Shown piece by piece: positions 21,027 through 33,039 of a stretch of DNA of 64,000 nucleotides. Source of the stretch: an uncultured delta proteobacterium (lineage in GTDB: Bacteria; Desulfobacterota; Desulfobacteria; Desulfobacterales; UBA2156); contig CAVTQK010000017.1 of the NCBI GenBank assembly GCA_963736855.1, forward strand, positions 128,001-192,000. Direction: 5' to 3'. Position 1 is the stretch's first letter. The number at the start of each line of letters is the position of its first letter. Below the pieces are notes generated by a model. The model was not told where the DNA came from and did not search any database. It worked only from the letters and a program-made list of their open reading frames with translations. A program made the position numbers and the translations under genes.

Positions 21027-24000
21027 TTATTTTTCAATCCAGTAGAAGATTCCCCGCTTCTCGGCTTTTTCAAAGAGCGGCGTCATGGTCGCCGTTTCGT
21101 TGTTGAACAGCTTCACTTCACGATCCGGCTCTCCCGGTTCTTCGATTCGCAGGATCTTGGGCGGCTGGAGCAACCCGAGATAGGCGATACCGGTCGGGGG
21201 GATAGGATCTGTGCTGGGATCGCTATCGTGATCGATGAGATCGTCAGCATCGATCTTGTTGTCTCCGTTGGTATCGAAAATTCCCTCCGACGGGTTCCCA
21301 ACGCTCATATTTCCGCCGGTGAGATTTCCACCCCGGGCGGCGTTCATCTCGTGGATCATGCTGTAACCGCTTCCCGAGCATTCCGAATCTTTCGGAGAAA
21401 AAGAGAGCACGATGGCCCTGCCTTCCCGGATCAGGGGATCCACGATCACCCGTTCACCCATGAAATCGGCATGGGTGTTGGGGAAGTCGAAGAACCAGCC
21501 CAGATGGGTAATCGCTTCGCCGGTTTCATTGACATTCCCGTCACCGTTGTTGTCTATAGAGTCGCTGGCATAGGTGGTGTAGATATGGGGATCCGGGAAC
21601 TGTCCGGGATCATCGGCGACATAATAGTTGGCGGGATAGGCGCTCAAAATCCGGATATAATGCCCATAGACCTCTTCGAAATAGATTTCATCCTGTCTTC
21701 TCAGATAGAAACCGGTGGGATAAGACAGCGCGCCGGTGGTGCGATTGGAGATGGATCCAACATAGGCCGTGTCTTCGGCGTCGTCCCCGTAATCCCATAT
21801 GCCGTAGATGGATTGCACCGGATAGGTGGTGGTGAGCCGATCCGCATCCCCGATGAATTTCCCGGTACCGAATATCACCATGTATCCGTGCTTGGTGGGG
21901 TGATACATGATCTTCGGGCTTGGTGGTGATGGGTTGAGTCGTGCCGGCCCGGAAAAGCGGTTGGGGGGTTCCATTATTGAAAGCCACCGACCAACTCGAT
22001 GCGGTTCCGGAGGTGAGATCGAATTTCCACAGGTTTCCCCGCAGATCCCCGGCATAGACGTAGTCCACTCGGCCGTCGTTGTTGGGATCGATGAGGGTGG
22101 GGGTCGAAAGGCCGTTGTCGCCTCCCTCACCGGTGTCGATCTTACGAATCAAGGCGCCGGTCTCGGCGTCCACCACGAAGAGCACGGCGTGGCCGTTGAC
22201 GCTGTTGTAGCCGTTTCCGAAGATGACCACCCATTGATCCGCATCGGCGGGGTTGACCTTGTTTTTCTTGACCGTGAAGCCCCGGCTGTAACTTAAGCCC
22301 AGATCATCGGCGTCGGTGGGAAGGGTCGCGGAGTTCGGGTATTCCCACAGCACCCAGTCTTTGACGGTTCCTTCATTGGAGGTTCCCGAAGTGACGGTAT
22401 GGGCGTTTTTCACATCCAAAGCAAAGTACCCCTGGCCTCCGGCTCCCAGCCCGCAGACCAGCAGGACATGATCAATGGTCGAAGGGTTGGTTGCATTGGG
22501 AATCACCCGAATAGAAGCTGAGTTGTCCACGAAGAAGAGGTGGCTGTAATTCGGATCGGCCAGGTATCTGAGGTTGTTGAAAACCCGGTTGGGCACATAG
22601 GCAAAGCGTTCCGTGCCGTCCGCCATGTTGAAGGCATGCAGCATGCCGCCGTTTCCGCCCACAAAGAGGGTCCCCTGTCCGCTTGACTGATGCTTATACA
22701 GGAGGGGCGCCGAATGAATCAGATCAGCCACTGCTTTTTCCCGGGTTCTGAATCCCGTGATCGCCTCTCCCCTCAGATAATTGATGAGGTTTTCGGCCAG
22801 TACCGTGTTGGTGGTGGACCATGTCGGGTCCAGGGCCAGCAATTGATCCTCGGTGAGCCCGTCGACTCCAAAGCTTGTAGGATATCGGAAGGGAATGCCG
22901 TCTCCGCTTACCGGGTTATAGGTAACGATGGTGCGCATAGCCCCGGTCCACCGGCCTGGGAAATCAAATCCTGGAGCTTTTCTTCCGCCGACCACATGGG
23001 CCGGGTGACGCCGGCGCTGCTGCAGAAAGGGGGAAGCTCTGCGGTGGTTTTATCCGGGGTGCAGACGGTGCCCGTTTCCGGGTCAATCGCCAGAGACAGG
23101 AGGTCCCCGCTCCAGTCGCTGGTGCTGAACCGGGCCTGGTAGATCCGGGTGGTCTCGGTGAGGTTTTCGCCGTTGGCGGTCACCGAGGCACCGGATGCGG
23201 CCTTGGCCTGGATGCTCTGGAGGATGGAAACCAGGGCGTCCACCAGTTCGCCGGGATCCTGGGCGCTGAAAAAAGCCCCCCTCCCGTTGATGGCCGCATG
23301 GTACAGGTCATCGATCTTGTCGCTGTCCTCGGCATCCCCCGGGTTCGGCCAGGCAATGGCCGTGCCTACAGACGGACACGCCCCGAAGACATCGGGGTCG
23401 ATGCCTCCCGCCACGCCGAAAGAAACCGTATAGGTCACCATGTGCTGCCACTGGGCCTTGTCGCACTGGTCTTCCGCAACCTCGTTGGGAAGGGTTGTGG
23501 AGAGATCTTTTTTATAAAATTTCATGGCCACGTCGGCCAATGTGTTGGAATAGCTGTCGCTCCAGGGAGCCACACCGGAACAGATTTCCCCTCCCGGGCA
23601 GCCCCCCGCACCGTCGGCATTTCCCGCATCGGAGATGTTCACGTTCCAATACCCGTCGGTCATGGCGATGGCAAAGGACATCTGGCAGTGACCGCCGTTG
23701 GCCTCGGTGTCATAGGGGGATGCCCCCAGCACCGGGTGGCTGCCGTCGGTTGCGTCGAAATATTCCCCGACTTCGTGGAGTGCGCCGACCAGGGGCGTGT
23801 TACTTGCGGAATTGATGGCGTAAAGCAGCCCCAGCAGGTAGTCCGTGTCGTCGGCTTCCACAAAGCCGCTTTCCGGCTCGAATTTCACGGCGTCGGCCAA
23901 CGTGCTGCTTCCGTAGTTGCCGCCGTTTCCCATCCGTTCGACCTTGACGTATCCGCCGGTCCCTTCGTTAAAAGAATAGGTTCCCAGCAGACACCCATTC

Positions 24001-25717
24001 GCCGCAGGGGTTCCCGGCTTCCTGGCGCTGGTTGACAGTGACGATCGAGTCTCCGCCGGCATGGTGAATCGTGTGTCTGGCAGTTGTATCCCGGTTGTTG
24101 TAGCAGTTGTACCAGGTGTAAACCTGGTAGTTTCCGGCTGCCGGGAGGTTCGGCGTCCATTTGGCCCACGCGTTCGTCGTGGAGGTATAATAGGAGCTGT
24201 TGTTCCATTCGTTGGGGTTTCCGGACTCGGACCATCCCGAACTCCGGGTGAAGGTGCCGTCCTTGTTATCCACGATGACGGCGTTGGTGTCCACCTTCAC
24301 GGGGCGGACTCCGGTCCGGGCGCCCCCGGTCTCGTGGATGGTGTAAAATCCTACGTTCACCCGGGAGATGCGGGTGATGGAGGTGGCCACGGCGGCCTTG
24401 GCGGCCAGCTCCCGGCGGCGGTAAAAGGAGTACCAGTTGGCGAAGTTCTGAAGGTCTTCGGTGTGGTCCTTGTACCGGACAAAGGTCCCGTCTTCCTCGT
24501 AGATGGCGGGCTTGATGCTGTCCGGCTCGCTTCCGGTCACCTCGATGAGCTCATTGCCTTCGACGCGATTGTCCGCGTCGGAGTCCACGAACCGGTAGTA
24601 TTTCCGGACCCAGACCCCGCTTTCCTGGACGAAATTGACCAGGTAGATGTTTTCCCCGGCATCCAGTTCGCCGTCGCTGTCTGCGTCATCGAAGGTGTAA
24701 TAATGGGTATTTTTAATGCTGACGGTGGAGGCGGCACTCCTGACAAACCGGGCGGCGTCCGCTCCGTAACGGCAGCAGGCCCCGCTGGTGATGTCGGCGT
24801 TGATTTCCACGTATTCGGTGCCGTCGCCGTTGAAGGTGAAGGTCCCCAGGGAGAGCCACTGGTCCCCCTGGCCTTCGTCCGGGTGGTGGCTGATGGGGGT
24901 GACCCCGAGGTTTCCGACGGTGGATACGGTGGTCACGCCGCCGGCGTGCTTGATGTCATAGGTGACGTCTTTCCTTCGGGTGTCGAGCATCCGGAACCAG
25001 ACAAAGACCTCGTAGGTTCCGACTCCCGGAAGGGTCGGGGTCCACCGGGCCCAGACGGTGCCGTCCGGCTGATTCTGGCTGTAATGATAGTTCGAGCCGA
25101 TATCGTTGCCGTAGCTGGATCGTCCCCCAGTGGGATGCATTGGACATTAAAAATCCGGGATCCGTGTTGTCCACTACCACGGTGGCGGTTGTCAGGCTGA
25201 CGGCATGATACTCGGCGGTGAGGTCGAAGGTGGGGGTGGAATTTTGGGGGTTGGAGCGGACATGGGCCAGGTCCGCGATGTTCACATCCGTCTTCCCGGG
25301 CCAGTGCAGGTATTCGCTTTTGGGGTTGTAAAAAAGCTTATTGTACCCCGACCACTGGGATTTCCACAAGCCCCGGGTGGCCCCGGAAGCAGGGCTGGTT
25401 CGAGAAAGGATGGTCCCGTTGGAATCCCCAGACGAATAGGTGTTGTCCCCGGGATCATCGAAGAGGTATTCAATATCACCATCAAAAACCCCTTCATTTT
25501 GGGTGGTCATGAACTCCCAGTCCATTGAGCCGGAGTTGTCCAGCACGAACATGGCGTTGGGCGGGGGGGGATTGAGCCGGTGGGACATGGGGGTCTGGCT
25601 GACCTCCACTCCCAAAACTCCGGGGGCAATCCCCAGAAGCCCTATGGCAAGGATAGCGATGATGGCCCTTGCCATAACCCCTTTATTTTTCTGATGGATA
25701 TTTTTCTTCGTCTTCAT
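21027..25717 (-). pseudogene. pilY1: PilY1/PilC-type pilus tip adhesin (about 1562 aa when repaired), split by four frameshifts (real or assembly error)
   Basis: vWA MIDAS FVLDNSGSM...MTDG, IDDLYHAAINGRG, GGMLHAF, YAGDLRGNLWKFD propeller motifs over five ORFs; frame changes near 25126, 23990, 22950 and 21915. Confidence 0.85.
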
Positions 25718-25731
25718 GGGACGCTCCTTTT

Positions 25732-26247
25732 TTAGTATCGCTTTAAAAAACCGGCTTCGATCATGGCCATGGGATTGTTGCCGGAGTCGTAATACCTTCC
25801 CAGCACCGTGTATTCGTACAAAAGATCCGGGTTTTCCATCCCTAAAGATGCGCTCTTGGCCACCCCCACGCGCACGGTGGTGAATGCCGTGCTCGGTGTC
25901 GATCCGGGTTCAGCGGTGTCCGGGGCGGACCCGTCAAAGTCCCAGGGGGTCGTCAGCATGGACAGTTTCGGATCGCTGGGTCCGTTGGGGTTCAACCAGT
26001 CCTCATTGTTGGTCGTCAGCTTGATCACATCGATCTCGTCATCCAGTTTTTGAGCCGCCTCCATGGCCGCCGATTCGGCGGCATAGAAGTTGATGGTGTG
26101 GGTGGATGCATTGCGAACGATGTTGGACTCCAGGACCGAGTTGGCGATCATGGTGAAACCGGCTGCGGCCATCATGACCAGGATCAGCAGGGTGAAAAAG
26201 AGGATCGAGCCTTCTTCGCTTTTTAGGGTTTTTTTCAGGGTGTTCAT
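25732..26247 (-). CDS. PilX-like minor pilin
   Basis: EEGSILFFTLLILVMM prepilin-like N-terminus lacking E5; FYAAESA. Confidence 0.8.
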   Translation of the reverse strand: MNTLKKTLKSEEGSILFFTLLILVMMAAAGFTMIANSVLESNIVRNASTHTINFYAAESAAMEAAQKLDDEIDVIKLTTNNEDWLNPNGPSDPKLSMLTTPWDFDGSAPDTAEPGSTPSTAFTTVRVGVAKSASLGMENPDLLYEYTVLGRYYDSGNNPMAMIEAGFLKRY

Positions 26248-26271
26248 ACCGATAGCCTCGCAAAAAAAGAG

Positions 26272-26721
26272 TTAGGATTCCAGATCCTGAATCTCCGCCT
26301 TGGTAAAGGTCAGGGTCACGGCCGGAAGGACGCTCTGGTTAATCCGGACGGTCACCGTGACCGTCTTGGTGTTGTTGGGCGGGATAGGGCCCAAATTGTC
26401 GACAACCGCGTAGGAGAGGTTGTACCGGTTACCAGGTCCGGTGTTGCCGATGGCATGAGGGCCGGCGCTGATGTTGGCGTCGTTGAAGGACAGCCGGTAA
26501 ATGGTTTCGATCTGATCGGTGGCCACCGTGTAGGCTTCCGTATAAAGACGGGAATGGGTGTCGGTGTTGGTGGCCCGGACCTGCAGCCCCGCGATCCCCA
26601 GGATTCCGACAGCAAAGATCGCCACCGAGATGAGGACCTCCATGAGGGAGTATCCGGTTTCCGAGTCCGGAAGGGACATCAAATACCTCAGGATTTTTGT
26701 CTTCAAGAATCTTTTCATCAT
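26272..26721 (-). CDS. PilV-like minor pilin
   Basis: G|YSLMEVLISVAIFAVGILG N-methylation motif. Confidence 0.85.
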   Translation of the reverse strand: MMKRFLKTKILRYLMSLPDSETGYSLMEVLISVAIFAVGILGIAGLQVRATNTDTHSRLYTEAYTVATDQIETIYRLSFNDANISAGPHAIGNTGPGNRYNLSYAVVDNLGPIPPNNTKTVTVTVRINQSVLPAVTLTFTKAEIQDLES

Positions 26722-26730
26722 CGATTCCTC

Positions 26731-27489
26731 TTACGATTTCAGCCCGGTGTTGCGCACCCGGATCTCCGTAGAGAGCATGATCCGGCGGATGGTGTCGTTG
26801 GGGGCCGGCAAAATGGTTGTCCCCTGGAGATTCGTATAAACCGTCCGGTCGGTCTGATCCCGCATCAGGACCGGGTTGTCCGAACGGACGACGAGGGTTA
26901 CCTGGACGGCGCGGATATCGGACAGGATGACTGTGGGGTTTCCTGCATTATCCAGGTAAACGAAATTCAGGACCTGCACGTTATCGGCTACACGCTGGAG
27001 CCCGCCGCCCGTGTCTCTGCACAGGGAGCAGGGAACGGCCAACGAGTCGGCGATCCCGTCGTTGTCGGCATCACAGTTCACACCACCATCGGCCCACAGT
27101 CGGTATCGGATATTTTCATTGGGACCCCCCAGGTCCGCATTATACCACTCGTCGCCTTCGTCCGTCTGGCCGTCTTTATCGTTATCGATGGTGTCAAGTT
27201 CTCCGCCGGTAACATCCTTGGTGAACTGGATCTCGTTGGCATTGGCGATGAGAAATCCGGCACCGGCATTACCGGTGGGATCGAGTCCTGCCACACGGAT
27301 TTCCCGTTCCATGAGCATGAGGGCGGCCCGGGCATGCTGGTTCATTTCCACGACTGCCATCTGGGTGGCGTTGGTTTGGAGTTGGGACTGGTACATGACA
27401 TACACCGCGCTCATCACGATGCCGGCTACGGCTAAAGCCACCATCAACTCGACCAGAGTAACGCCTTTTTGGTTCATGCGTTGATTCAT
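26731..27489 (-). CDS. PilW-like minor pilin
   Basis: G|VTLVELMVAL; EREIRVAGLDP; C-terminal IRVRN; own ATG inside the fused track ORF. Confidence 0.85.
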   Translation of the reverse strand: MNQRMNQKGVTLVELMVALAVAGIVMSAVYVMYQSQLQTNATQMAVVEMNQHARAALMLMEREIRVAGLDPTGNAGAGFLIANANEIQFTKDVTGGELDTIDNDKDGQTDEGDEWYNADLGGPNENIRYRLWADGGVNCDADNDGIADSLAVPCSLCRDTGGGLQRVADNVQVLNFVYLDNAGNPTVILSDIRAVQVTLVVRSDNPVLMRDQTDRTVYTNLQGTTILPAPNDTIRRIMLSTEIRVRNTGLKS

Positions 27490-27503
27490 CCTTATTTCAA
27501 CAG

Positions 27504-28071
27504 TTATTGGCTCCAGACACCGCCGGACCAGATTCTCGAGACCACGACGCCCGCCATGGATGGCGTGCCCAAAGCAAAGGCATCTCCTCGGCTGTTGGAA
27601 AGATAAACATAACCCATCCCTCGAATCAAACCGGTGGGAAGAAAAACGACGGTGTTTCCGGGGCAGGTAACTCACAAATCCGGGCGGAAATGCACCGCCT
27701 CCCAGAGTTGCGTTTGTCGTTGCATTTCCATTTCCGTACCCTACGCCGCTGCTATACTTGTTCAGTCTGATGATCTTGACGTCAACGTCATCGAGGCCAT
27801 AGATCGGGCTGTCGATGATGCGGTTGGCACCGGAATCCACGACCCGATAATCCCCTGTGGCCGTACTAAAGAAAACTGCGAACTCCCGGTTTTCCCGAAT
27901 GGCCCGCATCCGGGTGGCCTGGAGTTCGCCTCTCAGGTCGCTGGCGGCATTCTGCAGGCGGTACTTGGGGATCCAGCCGATCATGTTCGGGATGGCGATG
28001 GCGCTGGCAATGGCGATGATGGCTATTGTGACTGCCAGTTCCAGGAGCGTAAACCCCGCGTCTTTCCTCAC
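27504..28071 (-). pseudogene. FimT/GspH-like minor pilin with one extra base
   Basis: G|FTLLELAVT; removing one C of the run at 27660-27663 restores ...GNTVVFLPTG...GYVYLSNSRG...W-stop at 27504 (188 aa). Confidence 0.8.
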
Positions 28072-28133
28072 GATGTGGATTCCTTTTTTGGGTGGATCAT
28101 TTATTCTGAAAAAATAACAGCAAAGAGAAGATA

Positions 28134-28149
28134 CGCAAATATCGTACCA
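28134..28149 (-). promoter_or_regulatory. Sigma54 (-24/-12) promoter of the minor-pilin operon
   Basis: Minus strand TGGTACGATATTTGCG, GG-N10-GC spacing; AT-rich IHF-like tract about 28200-28225. Confidence 0.65.
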
Positions 28150-28390
28150 CTTTGGTCGAAGTTTGGGGCAGGATTTGAAAAGAAAGGCAGGGTTAAAAAT
28201 TATTTATTTATTTTCAGATAGTTATCAAAATTAAGGGTCAAAGGAAAGTTAAGGAACGGAATCAATGCAAAGGTTCCCGAAATAGAATCAGGCAGATTCT
28301 TAAAACAATATTTGACAAACTATTAAAAGTTTTAATAGTCATTCCCGATTGGGTGGAGGGGTTTATCCCCGTCTTCCCGGGATAAAACAA

Positions 28391-28423
28391 GAAGCCCCCA
28401 CCCGGAAAACGGTTGGGGGCTTC
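28391..28423 (-). terminator. Intrinsic terminator after groEL
   Basis: GAAGCCCCCA...TGGGGGCTTC stem followed by a T-rich tract on the minus strand. Confidence 0.7.
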
Positions 28424-28453
28424 GATATTAAAACTTTCGGGGAAGGAGACAGG

Positions 28454-30121
<1,668 letters not shown>

Positions 30122-30143
30122 TTATTGAATGAATTATTCTGAG

Positions 30144-30431
30144 CTATTCGATTATTCCCAAGACGTCATCTTCACGCATCATAATGTACTCTTTGCCCTC
30201 GATCTTGACCTCGGTGCCGGAGTACTTGCCGAACAAGATCCGGTCGCCCTTTTTAAGATCGAGTGGGATCCGCTTGCCGTTTTCGTCCAGCTTGCCGTTC
30301 CCCACGGCTATGACCTTGCCCTCGGCAGGCTTTTCCTTGGCAGTATCCGGAATGATGATCCCGCCCTTGGTCTTTTGTTCCTCTTCCACACGCTCCACTA
30401 AGATTCGGTCCTGCAACGGTTTCAGTTTCAT
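30144..30431 (-). CDS. groES: Co-chaperonin GroES
   Basis: [23 protein letters not shown]. Confidence 0.98.
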   Translation of the reverse strand: MKLKPLQDRILVERVEEEQKTKGGIIIPDTAKEKPAEGKVIAVGNGKLDENGKRIPLDLKKGDRILFGKYSGTEVKIEGKEYIMMREDDVLGIIE

Positions 30432-30777
30432 GGTGTCCTTTCTCCTTTACGAATCGTGATGTTTATAATGATCGAATTTCCTGTTGTTATTCTTACAGGC
30501 CTATATTGACCCCAAGTCCTGGTTCAGACGCCACCCCCTTTCCCAAGTAAGGCCGGGTATGCCTTTTACTGAAAGGTGTAAGTTCTTGCAGACCTTAATC
30601 ACTCATTCGGTTTTGTAAAGGTCTCGAATTAAAAAAATGATTGGGAATTTGACGTCTTAACCCCCAAAAAAAGCTTAAGGCCCATCGCCTCTGTATCTTC
30701 CGATCACGATGGTCCTTTCAGACTTTCAGATCGGGTCAGCTTGTTGCGGTTCGGGGGAGGGTTACGGGGAGATATCC

Positions 30778-31062
30778 CTAATCCTCGGACTTTCCGGATG
30801 TGCTGGTGTCCGGATTGGCGCTTTTGGCACTTTCCGAGTCGGACTTGGCCTTCTTACCGGAAACGCCTTGGGAATTTTTGGATCGATTGGCATAGTCGGT
30901 GACGTACCAGCCGGTGCCCTTGAGATGAAATGAGCTATGAGAGATAAGCTTCCGCAGCTTTCCTGCGCAATTGCCGCACCGGGTGAGCGGCTTGTCGGAA
31001 AAATTTTGAAACGCCTCTTTAATATGACCGCATCGGGTGCATTCATACTCATAGACCGGCAT
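30778..31062 (-). CDS. FmdB-family zinc-ribbon protein
   Basis: MPVYEYECTRCG...CGNC...FHLKGTGWYVTDY. Confidence 0.9.
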   Translation of the reverse strand: MPVYEYECTRCGHIKEAFQNFSDKPLTRCGNCAGKLRKLISHSSFHLKGTGWYVTDYANRSKNSQGVSGKKAKSDSESAKSANPDTSTSGKSED

Positions 31063-31109
31063 AATCAGTATACCTCCCTTTTTGAAAGTAAATTTAATAT
31101 AATGCTTCA

Positions 31110-31712
31110 TCAGGGCTTGTCAAGATAAATGGCGTCATGTTCGATTTCATCGAAGGGTTTGCGCCAGAAGCGATAGTAGTCCAGTACGGACTCCAGTCCG
31201 GGGACAGGCGTCTCCTTTAGGATTTCATGCGTTATTTTATGAACCCGCTGCTCTTCTGCGAGCTTTTCCTCTTCAGTGGCCACGAAATTCTGCAAAAACC
31301 GGGTGAAGCGGACGATGTGAATCAGCTCATGGGTGACAATATACAGGATAAAGGGGAAAAGGGAGATGTCGACAGAGCCTTTAAGGACCGAAAGGATACG
31401 GTGATCCTGAAGGCAGATGTTATAAAGATCGACAGTTTTGGATCCCAGGGGTGGATCCCCCCGGTGACCCCGGTAATGGATGATCTGGGCAAACGGCCCG
31501 TGGACGATTTCCTCGGGGGAAAGGTCGGCCAGAGTCTTCAGGTCATACCGGCGGTTCAGCCACTGGTTCGCCGACAGCTTGAAGTGGTTAGCGACAAGCT
31601 CTTCGGCCAACGCCGCCGCGTTTTTGACGATATCCCTCTGCGGCGGATCGAATTGAGTCAGGGTATCTTCCCGGGTATCGGGCGGTGCCGTGTTCATGTT
31701 GTCACGAGACAC
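31110..31712 (-). CDS. Hypothetical protein with HExxH motif
   Basis: 200-aa ORF containing VTHELIH. Confidence 0.65.
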   Translation of the reverse strand: MSRDNMNTAPPDTREDTLTQFDPPQRDIVKNAAALAEELVANHFKLSANQWLNRRYDLKTLADLSPEEIVHGPFAQIIHYRGHRGDPPLGSKTVDLYNICLQDHRILSVLKGSVDISLFPFILYIVTHELIHIVRFTRFLQNFVATEEEKLAEEQRVHKITHEILKETPVPGLESVLDYYRFWRKPFDEIEHDAIYLDKP

Positions 31713-31894
31713 GATATCGTGCTTTTATTTGAGATATCAAAAAATCTGTGGACAAACCGCCGAAAAGGCTTTAAATAAATATTTTTAACGAAACCGGCTG
31801 CAATCCATATGCTCAGGATCGGGGCATTGAGTGAAATCCGGTTTGAAACCCTTAAAAGATGGGTGAGAAATTCGTAAGGACTGGAGGTGAGGGA

Positions 31895-31993
31895 TTGGGC
31901 AGCGTTATCAAAAAGAGACGGAAGAAGATGAGAAAGCACAAGCATCGAAAGCTTCTCGCCCGTACACGGCATCAGCGAAGAAAGATCAAATAG
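31895..31993 (+). CDS. Small basic protein, bS22/AURKAIP1-COX24 (mS38-like) family
   Basis: TTG start after GGAGGTGA; MGSVIKKRRKKMRKHKHRKLLARTRHQRRKIK; missing from the ORF track. Confidence 0.88.
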   Translation: MGSVIKKRRKKMRKHKHRKLLARTRHQRRKIK

Positions 31994-32014
31994 TTTACAA
32001 TTCGAGTCCGGGTT

Positions 32015-32057
32015 AAAAGCATCCATGTTCTATCGCCATGAATATGGATGCTTTTTT
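32015..32057. terminator. Bidirectional terminator between the bS22-like gene and hflC
   Basis: AAAAGCATCCAT...ATGGATGCTTTTTT inverted repeat between convergent genes. Confidence 0.75.
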
Positions 32058-32082
32058 CTTTAGCCTTGATCCGATAGACGGC

Positions 32083-33039
32083 CTAATTTCTTTTTGCAGG
32101 TTCGTTGTATCCTTTCAGGTATTTTAAGAATTCCGAATCCGTGGAAAGGATTACGGCGCTTTCCTTGTCGAGGGACTTATTGTAGATCTCCAGCGTTTTG
32201 ACAAAGGAATAAAATTCCGGGTCAGGGCCGTAGGCGGCGGCGTAGATCTTGGTGACCTCGGCATCGGCTTTTCCCATGACCTCCTGGGCCTGGCGGTAGG
32301 CCTCGGACGTAATCAGTTTTAAGTCCCTTTCTTTTTCTCCCAGGATTTTCCGAGCCTCACCACTCCCCTCGGACCGGAACTTTTCCGCGATCTGTTTCCG
32401 TTCCGCAATCATCCGGTTGTAAACGGACTTTCTGACCTCTTCCACATAGTTGACCCTCTTGATCTTGACGTCCACCAGCTCGATGCCGAACGCCGCGAGT
32501 TTGGGTTTGGCCTGTTCCAGAATTCCCTTGGTGATGGCGGCACGCCCGGTCAGCACCTTGGAACCATAAGAGGCCTCCTTCTTGTAGTCTTCAAAACCGA
32601 TCTCCAGGGTATCGAGTTCCCGGTTGCTCAATCGGACCGTCTCGATGAGACGATAGGAGGTAATGAAGTTCCGAATCGCCGGGTCGATGATGTCGTCCAG
32701 CCGGGCCTGGGCGGCCACCGTATTATTGACCGTCTGGAAGAATTTCACCGGATCGACGATCTTCCACCGGGCAAAGGCGTCCACCCAGATGAATGTCTTG
32801 TCCAAAGTCGGGATCTGTCCCGGATCGCCGTCCCAATCGAGCAGGTTCTTCGGGAAATAGTTGGTGTTCTGAATGAAGGGCATCTTGAAGTACAAGCCCG
32901 GATCGGTCTTGGGGTTGCCCACGATTTTACCGAACTGGGTGATCACCACCTGCTCTCTTTCATCCACGACATAGGCCGAATTATACGCAAAAAAAGCAGC
33001 GACAAATGCAACTATTAAAATCAGGGATCTCGATTTCAT
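32083..33039 (-). CDS. hflC: FtsH modulator HflC
   Basis: SPFH domain, RMIAER, PEFYSF. Confidence 0.92.
   Translation of the reverse strand: MKSRSLILIVAFVAAFFAYNSAYVVDEREQVVITQFGKIVGNPKTDPGLYFKMPFIQNTNYFPKNLLDWDGDPGQIPTLDKTFIWVDAFARWKIVDPVKFFQTVNNTVAAQARLDDIIDPAIRNFITSYRLIETVRLSNRELDTLEIGFEDYKKEASYGSKVLTGRAAITKGILEQAKPKLAAFGIELVDVKIKRVNYVEEVRKSVYNRMIAERKQIAEKFRSEGSGEARKILGEKERDLKLITSEAYRQAQEVMGKADAEVTKIYAAAYGPDPEFYSFVKTLEIYNKSLDKESAVILSTDSEFLKYLKGYNEPAKRN

Noticed and set aside
26731..28071. 446-aa ORF appearing to fuse two pilins
   Set aside because: Caused by one extra base near 27661; the linker is out-of-frame FimT sequence and PilW has its own start.
30432..30700. CIRCE operator upstream of groES
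   Set aside because: Only a half-site-like GAGTGATTAA is present, with no matching arm at 9-nt spacing.
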